Below, one piece after another: positions 1 to 16,045 of a DNA stretch of 64,000 nucleotides (within the stretch, counting starts at the first letter, position 1; each line of letters starts with the position of its first letter). The DNA is from the human T2T-CHM13v2.0 reference genome, Homo sapiens. Where the stretch lies: NCBI RefSeq assembly GCF_009914755.1, contig NC_060937.1; one strand, given 5' to 3'. The position numbers and the translations under genes were made by a program. The notes beneath the pieces are model-generated. The model was given only the letters and a program-made list of their open reading frames with translations, ran no database searches and was not told the origin of the DNA.

Positions 1-559
1 TAATATTAAAAATATAAAGAAAATCTTCCGAAGAAATCATAACTTGAAGGTAGGATCCCAGAAAAATATAAACTACAGAGTTGAACCAACAATCACTGGG
101 ACCTTTTTTTCCCTTGGAACATTTGCCAATTAATGACATGGAACAAAGGCCAATAAACCAAAAATTTGCCAAAAATGAAAGAGGATGGCAGATTTTATTC
201 TTACAATCATACTGTGCTTGACAGACTGAGGCTGAAATGATAAGAAAGTGAAAAAAAATTAGTAGCTAAGATATCAGTGAGAAGAGAGGCTCAGCGATGT
301 TAACTTTTCATTTAATTGTTTGCCCCCAAGTCAAGGACAGTGTAAGAGGCACTCTCACCATATGGAGGAGATAAAAATTTGAGTCCATGACACACAGAAT
401 TGGAGTCATCCACATCTTCAGTCGTGATCCTTGGAGGGCTTTATCCTAGAAATGAAAATAAATCCTATGTACATAAACCTTAGAAAACAAAACAAAAGTT
501 TGCAACATTACAGCACAGCCTTGAACAAGTTCATGTAATATGCCCTAACTGTATCTGTC

Positions 560-1075
560 TACAAGAGAATAGGATGATAAAAGAAGAAAAAAATCATTTA
601 GAGCCTTGTAAAAGTTTCATAGTCAATGTCCAATGTTAAAATATCAAGGATTAAGAAGGAAAAGAAAAGTGATGAAAATAGGCCAAAAGATAACTAAGTT
701 ATTGAAATTATCAGCAATTGACTTTAAATACAAAATGACTCACATGTCAAAAAAAAAAAGATGTAGAGAGTCATGCTAGAAAACTAAACAGGAAAAATAA
801 AAATCAAATAAGAAATATGGGATTCAGAAAAACAAATTGAAATTAGGAACTCAGTCAATACATTTTATAGCAAATTGGAAAAGGGAACAGATTAGAGAAC
901 TGGAGAAAGTTGATATAAAATATTCTAACCAAAGCACAGAAAGTAAAATGGTTAGAAAATATATGAAATAAGTAGGAGAGGAGAAAGTTCTAACATTAGT
1001 GTAATTGGAGTTTCAGATGAGGATGGAAGAGAACAATTTAGAAGCAAAGTTTGAAAAATAATGGACATGACATTA
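560..1075 (+). mobile_element. Ancient L1M ORF1-region fragment (degenerate)
   Basis: A-rich sequence with phrases typical of old L1 ORF1 ('ttctaacattagtgtaattggagtttcaga', 'gaagcaaagtttgaaaaataatgg'); boundaries approximate. Confidence 0.55.
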
Positions 1076-1079
1076 AATC

Positions 1080-2058
<979 letters not shown>

Positions 2059-2941
2059 TGTATTAGTCCAAACAATCAGGCAAGAAGCCATGCAGTGACA
2101 TAAAAAGGGCAATTTTAATATAAAAAATAAACATGGCTCTAAGATACCACGTAATTAATAATAATACACTTATTTTTAATTAAAAGTAATTATAAGGTAT
2201 AAGAAATATTTACATGGTATCTTAGAGCTGAGGGAGACTGCACAGGGATAGTCATACTTAGAAGGGGGCCCACTACCAAAACGGGCTTAGATCTCCACAG
2301 AGGTGTAGTTACAGGATTCTATATAAGAGAAAACTTTGTTGGTTTGCCTGGCCTAGAGTTCATCCACAACTGTGGGGCAAGCGGGAACAACAAATTACCT
2401 AGAAAACAGGAGGGATACCACTGGTAAGCCACAGCCAGTGGTTAGGCAGATGAATTCAGAGAAGGGGCGCCAGTGAAGGCAGAAAGCCTCAAATGCATGG
2501 TGTTTATGTTGGGAGATACACGGTGTTGCTAAGGCTGCAGCATCAAGAAAAATGGGAAATAAAGCTCTGGGGCCTTGGGGCAGGTAAGCGTAGGAAACGT
2601 CGAATCTGCAGAAGCCATGAAGCATACAGGGTCTGTGGTGAGATAGCTGCAGTGAGATGATGACCAGCCTGAGCCAGGGCTGCAAGGATGCCAAGAGATT
2701 ATACTTTTAGATGTGTACTCGGGGCAGTTCTGATGCCCATATCACAGACCAAAATGTGCAACTCTGGAAATGCAAGCGCACTCCTTTCTCCTGCAATGTC
2801 CCTCCAGTGACCTTTGCTGAGGAAGATTAAATTGTAGTCTATATAAAGAAGAAATATTTAGAGGAAATACGTCTGTTATCACAGAAAATATATTGCAGAG
2901 TGAATTTGGAGCTGAGAGGTAGTAAATTGATAACTATCACA
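2059..2941 (-). mobile_element. ERVL 5' LTR (LTR41-like)
   Basis: TG...CA termini; the minus strand starts 'tgtgatagttatcaatttactacctctcagctccaaattcac' and ends 'gactaataca' next to the PBS. Confidence 0.65.
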
Positions 2942-5900
2942 GAAATCAATGATATATATATTAAAATATTTATAATTAATACCATGAATATCCCTTGATA
3001 TCAGTTGATTCCCTTTTAAGACAGTCTTTGAATCCTGGATCTTATTTAACTCATATTAAGTCAATAATCACAGCTAACACTATGTTTCTCCATTACATTT
3101 TTCTTTATATTGCCATCTGATACATTCACACACTTTAAAAAACCTTACTGGTCATGGAATAGAAATATATAATGCAATATGCTTATAATGAAAAACAATT
3201 CATCATTCAAACACAACATACAAAATACAAAATGTTAATTATAAATATGCTAAAATTATTATTATATTTGATTAATTGTATAACCGACACAATCATCTTT
3301 CTATTTTCATTAAATGTTCTAAAAGTTTGCAGTTCTAGATGTTTTCACAATTTGATATTAATTCATTTTGTACAGCTGCTCAGTCAGCATGTGGCCACTA
3401 ACACATCATATGCTTTGTCACATAATATGGTGTGATTTAATGGGAAGAAGAGATCATTCCTCTTGGGGAATGGGTGACTCTGGACACCAGTTATCAGTTG
3501 TTAAAAATTTTGATTTTAAAACTTCTTTAAGAAATGGATGTATTTGACTTGCTCCAAACTGGTTATTTTGAAGGAAACATATTGTCATCTTATTCCACAC
3601 GGGTTTTTTTTTTTATAGGCTCTCACTCATTTTGAACATCACAAAGCTTTGAAAAAATGCATATTACTTAATTATTGAGTGCACATTATTCCTCTTAAAT
3701 ACTATGGATTTCTGATTACTTGACTTTTTATTCTGTTTATTTTGCTTAGAGGTCAAAGTATTTTAGTTGCTCTTTATACAATTTCAACTTATTGACAAAA
3801 TCTTTAAAAATCATATTGAAATCCCATGCATTCAAGTATCCAGAATTTTGGTATAAAATAAATTGATTTTTTTAAACTTTTCAGATTTACATTTTCGTTA
3901 TAAAAACTTGAAAATTTTCCAGATAAAACTTGCAATTGCCAGGTAGATATAGAACCACATACGTATGTGTAAAATTTAAAAATCACATGTGTGTATTTAT
4001 AATCTACATGTTTTGCAACTCATTTACTTTGATATATTGTAAATTGCACACATACTACATTATAGAGTACTTGACAAAATTTTAGTAATAGAATTAATAT
4101 AGGGCATGAGCTGTTTCAGATTGTCCATTTTTTAGATGTAAAAACTGGGATTTGAATAAATATTAGCATATACCCACATTCTTTTAGGTATTTTTATTAG
4201 GTATTAGGCATCTATTTCATAAAACATTTATTGACAAGCAGCTACATATGAGATTAGACTTGAAAAACCTGCTGACTTAGGAGGGAAATACATGGTCTAT
4301 CTTCATTAAAAGACAGGAAAGTTTGTAATTTATATATCTTCATTTTTCCTTATTAACTTCCTAACTTTTGCTACTTTCTCCTTAGTCCCAGGTAAAAATC
4401 TTATCCTGATCCCAGTTATTAGAGGCCTCTTTAAAATTATGATAATGGTGATAATTGTTGAGAAAACAAATTACTTTCTACTAATCCAAACTGGAATTAG
4501 TAATCTACGATATTCATGTGTAACAAGTCAAGAAGGATGGTTTTACTTTTATTTAGTGTTTCTGGAGCCAGTCTCATTTAAACTTGTGATCAAAATAGGA
4601 TTATTTATAATCCTAGCAGTTCCTGTTGAATTATTTTTGATCATCTACTCTCACACTCTCCAGTAACAGAACATTAAGTTGGATTTATATTACAACAAAT
4701 ATACCAGGTGAATCTGCTTCATTTGTACACAATATTGAGTCTTGTGTAACAACAAACACCCCGAATGGTTCTCCTAAGGAAGAAATAATATTTATTTCCA
4801 GAGGAGCCACTAGAGATTTGGTCACAGAGGAGCAGGAAACCCATAACTCACAACCTTGCCTTATGTCTTCTAATTTATAATGAAGTAGAATGATTACTGT
4901 TCCTCCAATATTTATTCCTCAGTGCCTGGAGGAGAGAAGTGTTTTGAGTGTAATCGTTACTTTGCAAGGATAATTTGACTGCTGTGGTTGGCAATCAGTG
5001 AATTTATTCTTAAAAGAGTATGTCTAAAAAATAAAATGCACACATACAATTCAGTCTTTCCTTCAGGAAGAGTGTACTTTATCATAGTTTACTGATGTTT
5101 CTTTTGGCTTCTGAACTCATTGGCAATATCAGACATATTTTAGAATTGTTGAAAAATTTAGTAAATCTCTGATCATGATTATTTAACATGTCAGCTACAA
5201 AAATTCAAGTGATTTTAGATTTCATGTGTAATTTTAAAAGATCTTTAATTATCAGTACTCGATAACCAGGCCCTGGAAAGTAGCCTCCTTAAAAAAAAGA
5301 CATGCAGGCTTAAGATTTATTTTCTTCATGGTAAATCCAACTCCAAAAGAAAGCAAATAATTTCAATAAGTAGTTACAATAAAGTGAGAAATATTTTGAA
5401 AGAAATACAGGATAGTTCTGGATGTATTTAGCAAGAAGCTTCTAACTTAATGTGAATTAAGTTAGGCATTCTGAGAGGAAAGAAAAAAGTAAAAAAAAAA
5501 AATGACTTTACCTAAATAGAAATGTCATGTACAATATCAGGGAAAAAAATTGAATGAAGTTCTCGTTGGAATAAAAATTGAAATTGAACCTTATCCTGAG
5601 GGTACTGGGGTACCACTGTAATGATTTTAGAAGGTGTCAAAATCAGATCTATACTTTTAATGCAAAGGTAGTTATATTTAAATAGAAAGATTGTTGCTTT
5701 ATTTCACTGACTATACAGACACCTGCAAACACAGTGTGTGTCAGAGGGTAAGTGAGACTTCGAGTATAAAATATAAAATTAAGAGCTTTCTGCATTTAAG
5801 AGCATACAGAATGCCTTTTTCTTTTAGGACATCTTGAAATTCTTTGTCGAGATAATGAAAGCAATGGATTTTATTCCCCAGATAAATGTATCCTCCTCAA

Positions 5901-6020
5901 ACATAAACATAGTATTAAAAAATAAATATATGAAAATATTAAAATATTAACATTAATATTATATGGAAATTACTAACACCTGTTTATGGTTTTCCAATAT
6001 TGTTTTTTTCTTGAGTGAAT

Positions 6021-6345
<325 letters not shown>

Positions 6346-6957
6346 TGAGTGAATTTTCTTTGCCCATCCTCCTGGAATTTCACCCTACATGATAGTAAGT
6401 GACCTTCATTAAGATAGGAAAACAAAACAAAACACAGAAGAAAAAAATTATTAAAACGAGGAGAGTAGTTAGGATGAAAATAGGAAGATAAATAACTTGT
6501 TCCTTTTTGATATGTATATGTTGAGATAACTAAAAGAGAATCAAGTGGATATGAACTTTAAGAAGTTAAAGCTTAGATAAGAGGTGTGGATTGGAGATAT
6601 TGATATAAGTGAATAATCAAATATTATATTTATCAACAGAGAACAAAAGAACCTGAATGTCAAGAATCTTATCTCTGCTATTTGTTCTGCCTTCTTTATG
6701 CTAGCACCTTACAATGTTATTTCAGAAATGAAATACCACAGATTATTTTTTCATTGAAGCTATATGTTATCTATTGTTCTTAATCAAATGTCACAGTAAA
6801 TTGAATTGTCCAGGGAGGAGCCAAGTCAAATTTCTTTTCAGTATAAAAAAAATATGCGATTCTTCAAAAGTGACACAATTTCAAGAAATTTGGTGTGTTT
6901 CTGTTAGTCATTCATGTGTAGCATTTAAAAGAAAATGCCTTTTGAACATACATATAA

Positions 6958-8120
6958 TTTACTCATTCAGTATATTTACTGAGGGTCTATTATGTGGCAG
7001 GCACTGTTCCTAAAAGCCAAAAATACAATGATAACCCAGAGAAACAAAGTTTATGCTCTCATTCCATTGAAATCAGCAAAGAAACTTGATGTTTAACATA
7101 TAAAGCAGTTACAAATGCATGAAACATAAAAAAGAAAGGTTAGGCAATAGGAAGTATTGTGAAGTGGTATTTTAATACTGGTATCAAGGAAGGCTTTAAT
7201 ACAGAAGTGGTGCTATACCTGAATATAATGAAAAAATAAGCCATTCAATGGAGAATGAATATAAGGCTCCAGCTTTTTAATGCTCAAAGCCTGCAAGAAT
7301 GTCAGAATGGCTGGAAAGGAGTGAGCGAGAAGATAGAATAGTGTGTGATGAGTAATTAATAGATATGGGAAGGGTTCTTATCATGTATGACCTCTTTTTC
7401 CACACAAGATATTGTGGTTTTTATTCTTGGCATAAACAGGAGCAGACATTAGAGTGTGGGACTACAAAGTGATGCCATCTTCTTATTGTTTTTATATTAT
7501 TATCTCAGGTTGAAATTGTGCTACCAAAACAACAATGGAGTGTCATGTGTTAAAGGGTGGCTTGTGAAGAAGAAAGAGATTCTAGAAGAATCTAAAATAA
7601 TGATATTTGACCAGAGTCTTAACTGAGGTATGGGAGTGGATCACATGGAGATCTCTAAGGGATATTCCAGGCAATTGCTTTGGAGGAATAGCAGTAAGTA
7701 CAGTTTTATTTGAGTTGGCCTGGTAGAGAGAATGAAAGGCAATAATATTGGAGAAGCAGATTTGTGACAGATCACATAGTGCCTTTTAGAGTATGGTCAT
7801 GTGCTTGAGATTTTGGGGAACTGATTTGAAGGTTCTGAGCAAGAAAGTGACAGGCTTACTCTTTTACTGAAAACATAACATTGTTTCACCAAGGTGACTT
7901 TTACTGCCAGGGAACAAATAGTTTTTAGAAGAACAAAAGAGAAGAGGCAGGAGGGGCACCTCTGAAATTATTGCAGGAGTCCAATTGAGGGAGGGTGGTG
8001 CCAGGGTGTAGGGTCGTAATGGTGGCACATGGTGGGCAATTTGTGATATATTTTAGGTAGATTCAGACAATGTGAAAACAGATTGCATGTTGAGTATTAG
8101 AAGACTCAAGGAAACTCTTT
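6958..8120 (-). mobile_element. L2 fragments including the 3' end
   Basis: 'actcattcagtatatttactgagggtctattatgtggcaggcactgttc' is the reverse-strand L2 3' terminus, followed by degenerate L2-like sequence. Confidence 0.65.
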
Positions 8121-8988
8121 TTAGTAAGATCTTACTGTTCTCTTTCAACCTTTCATTTTCAAATTTTTGGTGATAATGTTATTTTGTTTCCATTTAATCC
8201 TTCTCTTTTGTCAAAGCTCAAAATGAAAGAGAAACAGCAAATAACCCCTCTCTAGCTCTTGCCCTTGTTTCCCACTGTGTTATTTCTTTCTACTCAGATG
8301 TACATGTATGCTGCTGCACAGAATTATACATTTTTGTTTGGAAAAAAATAGAACATTCAATGCCTGATGAGCATCACAATAAACTTTTCTCATAAGTAAA
8401 CTTCCTTACAGTGCCAGACACAAAATGTCAAGGAGTTGTTTAGCACTTTTTCACAGACTTCAATGTTTTTATTCCCTGCTCAGCACAGTTCTGTATTCGG
8501 TGACATTGCAAAGTCATTTGAAGGGAAGTTGCCTGGTGAGAGGGAAGATGATAGTCTTCTTCGTCTTTTAAGTAACTAAAAATGTTTCAGCAAGACAAAT
8601 TTCACAGTGTTCTAACTGAGTTTTTCTTCCCTTTTCCAAGTGAACATGTGAAGACTGGAAACTGAAGAAATGCCCTTCTAACTGGTGGGCAAAAAAAAGG
8701 GCAGCTTTCTCCACTCTTTCAATCTCTCATTAAAATATTGAGTATTATAAAAGAGAATGGTTAATTCATGTAGGGTAAAATTATTTATCTTATTTTACAT
8801 TTTTGGAAACTAAGCATTTGAAAACAAAACATAGCGAGTCTCACCCTCCAACTCCAAGGAAATTTCAATTTAGATGGTTATACTCAAAGGAAATGCATTT
8901 GATACAGGTCTTGAAGAATAATTCAAATCTCAAAAAAGAGACTGAGGATGGACACATGAAGAGGAATGAGAGATGGAAGATACAGTGC

Positions 8989-9574
8989 TGTCAAAGAAAA
9001 TAATGCACTTGGAGTTAAACAGTCAAGGAAGACTTTATTAAAGATTATTATTAAAGACTGTTATGCTAGAGATCAAGACTATTGCAATAGAGGAGAAAAA
9101 TGGAATTCAACTCCCCTAAAGAAAAGGCAGGAGAATTTTAAATATTTTTTTTAAGAGCTGGGTTGTTCTACAGCATAAGAGAACATCAGAAGGGATATTG
9201 GTCCATGTGATTAGGCCCTCTGTGTTTGCTACTTAGTGCTTAGGGAAGTTAGGCTCTTACCCTCCCACAGAGACCGGGAGACAGAGACTGCCTTTGATAA
9301 TTACATTTCAAAGGGATGACTCCTATGTCTTTGAGAAAGGGTTATAAAACAAGGTTTTAAAACAGGGTTTATAAAACAAGGTTTTAAAACAGGGTTTATA
9401 AAACAAGCATTAGGCTGGAAGAAAATTTATATCTCAATGGAGAGAGAAAAAATTAAAATGTTAAGTTTTCTAAAGTAAATGCTCTAAGAAAAGGGAGAAC
9501 AGGGGCCTAGAGTCAGGCAGAAGCCTGTCTAAAGTCTAATCAATCAAAGGAGAACATTAAGGCTATCGTGGTTA
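8989..9574 (-). mobile_element. ERV1 solo LTR (MER67-like)
   Basis: The minus strand has 'ctttagacaggcttctgcctgactctaggcccctg...ttagagcatttactttagaaaac' and ends 'tttgaca'; 4-bp TSD gtgc/gtac (1 mismatch). Confidence 0.7.
9339..9408. repeat. 27-bp tandem repeat, ~2.6 copies, inside the LTR
   Basis: Unit gggtttataaaacaaggttttaaaaca read directly. Confidence 0.9.
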
Positions 9575-12500
9575 GTACAAAATGAAGAACATGGGTAGAG
9601 AGGTTGACCTGCACCAAATCATGAGGTCTGGAGACATTCCTTTTTCTTGGTGCTATTATTGGAATATTGTTGTGGTTTTGATATAAAGGGTAAAAGGAGA
9701 TAGAGACATACTCAAGTAAACTCTCTAGGAAGCTACTATATTAGTCATAAACACTAGTTAATAAAGTCCTAATGTAGTATTAAAGGCCATGTAAATGAAA
9801 GGATAGATGATCAAAGAATTACTGAATGAAGTAAAATATTTATTATATCTATCCATTCATCTATGTATCTATATTTACATATTTTCTGTCTTTATTTCTG
9901 GTAAACCAAACTTTTCTACAACTAGATTTTGCTTCTTTTGATTCTCCTGTGACTGTTGACAGTTTAAATAGTCACACAGGGCCCACAGGTTTAACAGACT
10001 GATGTCCCTCGGTTAAAATAACAGATGAGCAAAACTCCTGAGCCACTGAAGTTACTTAAGATTATAATTACTGTGGCATTAGAGTTCCTAGATGTCTGTA
10101 TAATCCCTGTCCATTCTCTGGATGATGGTTTAATGGTTTTGTTTCTGACATTAAGAATGCTGTTTCCAATATTCATGGCAAATTAATTCACTAGGGAAAG
10201 GTGAGTGACAGTGTACTGCCAGTGGTCATGACTTCCTCTTAGGCTGTCATTTAGTCTGTTGTTTTCTGTTTTTAGCATAAAGAAAACTTTCACTTGTTTG
10301 TGTCAACAATGCTCTCCCAAAGAGCTTAATCGTGTCTGTCGGCATAACAAATTGTACAACTGAGCCAATGCAAACATTAGATACGTAGTGTGTCACATAA
10401 TTGCTTAACTCTGATGCATATTTGGGAAAGGTCATTTAGGGTTCCTAAATGAAAAATGTTGTCAATTTTAATTTACTCTTAGCAGAGTTAAATGAATAGT
10501 TTTCATGGCACTGAAAAAAATTAAAAATTAAGTAGCTGTAATACTTACTCTGATTTTTAAAAATGCACTCATTCAGATTATCATCTTTACCCAAAATTTA
10601 TTTCATTCTTTTATCAGTCATCTCATTTTTTTGGAATTCTTCTTTGTCTTTGTATTTATTTTGAATAATCAAAGTAATTAATGATACACCAAGTGATATT
10701 TTTTGGTTAACTTTAGAAAAAAAAATAGATAAATTAAAGTCCAGATGTGAGTGGAATATATTTACCTCTAGGTTTTATAAAATTTAGTATCAATCTTATG
10801 GTATTCCTATTTTGTTTTTTGTATTGAAATGCATCATCTTTATCCTGACCACATTCAGACACTATGATATGATAGATAAGTATATGTGTCTCTGTGTGTA
10901 TTTGAACGTGATACATTGAAAAATTTTTTTCTACTTTATCTGTGAAAGTTAAAAACTAAGATCCAACTACGATTGTGCCAAGTTAAAACTGAGAACAAAT
11001 GTGACACATCAAGATGTAGAATCCTTGAACTTTAGTTTCTATGACCTGTTATTGATTGCTGAACTGCTTGTCATGGAGAGACTGCACAGGTCTCAGGTCA
11101 GTCAGGGTAGGTCATACTTTGATCACACAAACAGAAGTTTTTGTTTACAGAATATGGTTCAGAATTGTTTTATAACTTCTTAAACTGTGTATAAAACTAT
11201 TTTGACTGGTAACAACTAAATCATGGATTTGGGTTCATTTGATTCACATGTGGTTCTATGGTAAAGAAATTATGAGAAAAAAACATTATTATGCCAACAT
11301 TTGTTATTTTAGGGAATAATAAAGGTGAAATAAATTGATCATGGTATACAGATTTATGTAATAGTGTATGTAGGAATGTAAATTCCATCCAACTAACCCA
11401 CATTGTTCTGGTGATCAGTAAGGACACTGCTGTGAGAGAGAACACACAGTGGTTCTTTTGCTCCTCGTGATTGATTAGAAAATATTCATGCATTTCAGAA
11501 ATATGCACAGCGCCTCTACTGTGCACCACATATGAAGGGACAGTCAAGGTTATATAATCCTTGCTCTCATGTAGCTTGTACTTTAGTACTCTGCCTTGCT
11601 GTTAGTAAAAACAAGAAAGTTCAGTATCATTTTATGGTAATATATGTTAAGGCTATTGTTGTATATAACAAGCACTTAATCTATTTCAGTAAATTGAAGG
11701 AATACATTTTTTCAAGTGCTAACCCTTTGTTCATTTTTCTGCCTCTGATCAAGGTAATCAAAATTATGATAGTGGGAAAATCTCTAAAGTTAATGGCTAG
11801 TTACAAAAAGGGATTAAGAAAGAATTGCATGCATTTCATGCTTGATATGTGTTACTAACAATATTTTCATTAATAAATGTTAACATATAAGGCCTAAATA
11901 AATGACCAGTGCAGAAACACATGGTGTCTATTTTTAGGATTTTTAAAATATAAAGTATATTAATGTGTGTATTAAGCAAGGGAAGTGTCCAAATTCAAGA
12001 ATTTGTGTGTATGTTTAATAATGTCAAATTACTGTGTGTAGGGGGAAAAATGCCTATAAAGTAGATAATCTAGCTCGTGGGCATAATTGAGGTGATGCAT
12101 TTGTGTTATAGTTTCTTTTGGTAATCAATCAAATGTTCCTATTAGAATGTACATTAAAAGTACAAAAAAATTATACCTCAGATATATATTTATTTCAAGA
12201 TGGTAAAAGTTTCATATTTATTTTTATTTTAAATGACTCATAAAGTTTCTATTCCATCCTTCAGAGAAAGCCTTAAATTATCATTAAACAATTTCAGGAA
12301 AACTAAGCCTATACATAAAATCAATTTCAACATTTTAATTGATTTCTTTCATGTTTGAGTTGAAATATGATTGCTTGGAAATTTTACATTTTGATATTCT
12401 TAATACGATTTTAAATTTTGTTTTAAATTTAAATATCAATTTTCAAATTCAAATACACTTTTATACCTATAATGACTAAGCATATGCATGGACAATGTTT

Positions 12501-13512
12501 TTAAGTAATCCATTTTTTAAAAGTAAATTTAGAGGAGAGAAAATTAAAGTTAAAAAAGATGATGGAAAGACGAGAGGTCCTCTAAATGCCATATATTTTA
12601 AATTATTAGTTTGTATAACTTGAGGGAGCATATTTTTCTTTCCTATTTTCTTTCTCTTTTTTTCAATTTTTTTTCTACCAGATTAACCAATAGACACCTG
12701 ATATAGTTCAAAAAATGCCTTTTGTTCTTAATTTTCCCAGAATTTATATTTTCAGCAACTGTGCTATAAATACAAATGACTTTTCATTGTTATGTAAGCG
12801 TTTAGAGATTTAATATACTTTTCCATCTGTGAGATAGTTATCATTTACCATTTTCACATTATTTTATCATTACCAATAATAAATTGACTATAAAGATTCA
12901 AATGTACTAGCTGACTTAACTTTACTGAATTACCATTCATATCTTGATAAGTCTTTATAAATGAATGTACCACATACAGATAACATCTGATTATTGGTAG
13001 AACTGAAGTGTTTCAGTCTGTGCTTCAGAATGAAAGTTGTTTGTGGTAATATAATTTTCATGCTTCAGAGTTTATTATAGAATAATATTTGAATGGTTTG
13101 GAAAATTATACAATTTTATTTGCTTAAGTATGTCTTGTTTGATGTCCCTTATCTAATTCTTTTTTTTTTTTCTTTTTAGAATATTTCACAGCATTTGTCT
13201 TTGGTAGTTTAAATATACTTTTTCCTAAGATACGTTTAGTTCTGCCTATACCATAATGTGGCAGCAACTTGTTTCTTTTAAAAGAAGAAAGCAGAGATTT
13301 TCACTCTAACAAAGTAGTCAGGATATCTTTGTCCACATGTTAATCAACCATTAGGTAGATTTCTGTAAGATCTGTTTATAAATCAAAAACAAAATTCAAT
13401 TATCTTATTCCTTACCATTAATCAGAAAATCACATCAAATAAGCAATGGATATTGCTGTATTTATTAGAGTATCCATTGCATAGTATTGCAATCCTATAT
13501 TTTCATGAAATC

Positions 13513-14278
<766 letters not shown>

Positions 14279-14562
14279 TTTCTCTGTGAAATCTTATACA
14301 AGCACCCATGATACAAGATAGACGTAATGCTTTTATTCTTATATAAACAAGTATAATTCTACAGTTATTAACTAATATAGAGCCTAGCATCCTTCCATAT
14401 GCAGATGGTGTGTAGTTTAAAAGTCAGAGATTATTTATTTTTTGAATGCTTTAAACATTTTTACTAATTTCAGTTAGTGTTAGTCATGAACTTTAAATGT
14501 ATTTTTCTGATTGTGTAAGTTACATTGCATGTAACATAGCTAATTATGTGACATAAATTACA

Positions 14563-14879
14563 TAGTCATCCTCAATATTCATGAGATATCTGTTCCAGGA
14601 TCTCCTCAAGTCCCAGATATGAAATAGTATAGTATTTGCATATAGCCTATGCATATCTTCTCATATACTTTCAATTATCTCTGGAATACTTATAATACTA
14701 ATACAATGTAAATGCTACATAAATTGTTGTTATACTGTATTGCTTAGGGAATAATGACAATGAAAAGTCTGTGCATATTCAGTACAGACACAACCACCCT
14801 CTTTTTTCCCAAATATTTTCGATCCGTGATTGATAAACTTAATAGATGCAGAACCCATGAATACTAAGGGTTGACTGTA
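14563..14879 (+). mobile_element. MER2 (Tigger-family MITE)
   Basis: 'tagtatttgcatatagcctatgcata...aatacaatgtaaatgcta' core; terminal 'gcagaacccatgaatactaagggttgactgta'. Confidence 0.8.
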
Positions 14880-15719
14880 TTTATAAATGTAAGCTTGCCT
14901 GCCTGCAAACCTGTTCTTCTTTCTCTCTTTGTTTTAAAAATACAGGACCAGAGCTTTCTTTAGTGTTGTGATGAATATAAATTACCCCTACTCTCTGGAA
15001 GCTTGAAATCTATACTTTTAAATAGTATGAGTTCACTTGCTGAAAATCTAACTAGGGATAGAAAAACTGAGGCTGTCACATGCTTCTTTGCATGGAGTCT
15101 AAAACCCTGAGGGATTAGATGGTTTGCTTAGAATCTCACTATGCAGGGGTATGTTCATGAAAGGGTTGGAGTGGTATGAAAATGTAGAAGGTAGGCTTCT
15201 CCCTAAGCCTACAGAAGAATGTTATAGGATGTCCTAGATGTTTATGAAAGGCTATATTTTGTATTTTCCAGAGATGTTTGAAATTCACTGTTGCATAGTT
15301 CATTATGAGAGGAAGATCCATAAACAAGCAAGCAAACTTTTACCTCTCTAGCTGGGATTTTAATGTAACTTACTTTAAAAAATAAGCATTTCATTTAAAA
15401 AGAGAGAGAGACAGAAACGGTTTCTAACCATGGCATTTCAACTAGAAGAATTATACTATTTGCCTCTCTCAAAGTGTAGATTATTGATGACAGACTCTTA
15501 GAAAGCGGCTGTGCTCTTTGAGTGGACATTATGGGAACAATAATAGAATATATCTTTGTATTTCTTTTTTTTTTTTTGCCCTCCCTAATATTTTTCACAT
15601 GTGAGTGAAAAATCTACTCAGAGCTGAACTAAGTATAGCAGCAAACTCAACCTCCACTCATTTCTCAAGATTGTCAGATGCTCTTGAATTTCCTCATAAA
15701 TTATAGAAATACTATTTGG

Positions 15720-16045
<326 letters not shown>

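Noticed and set aside
2395-2694. GC-richer 99-aa ORF
   Set aside because: Lies wholly within the ERVL LTR; no recognisable domain
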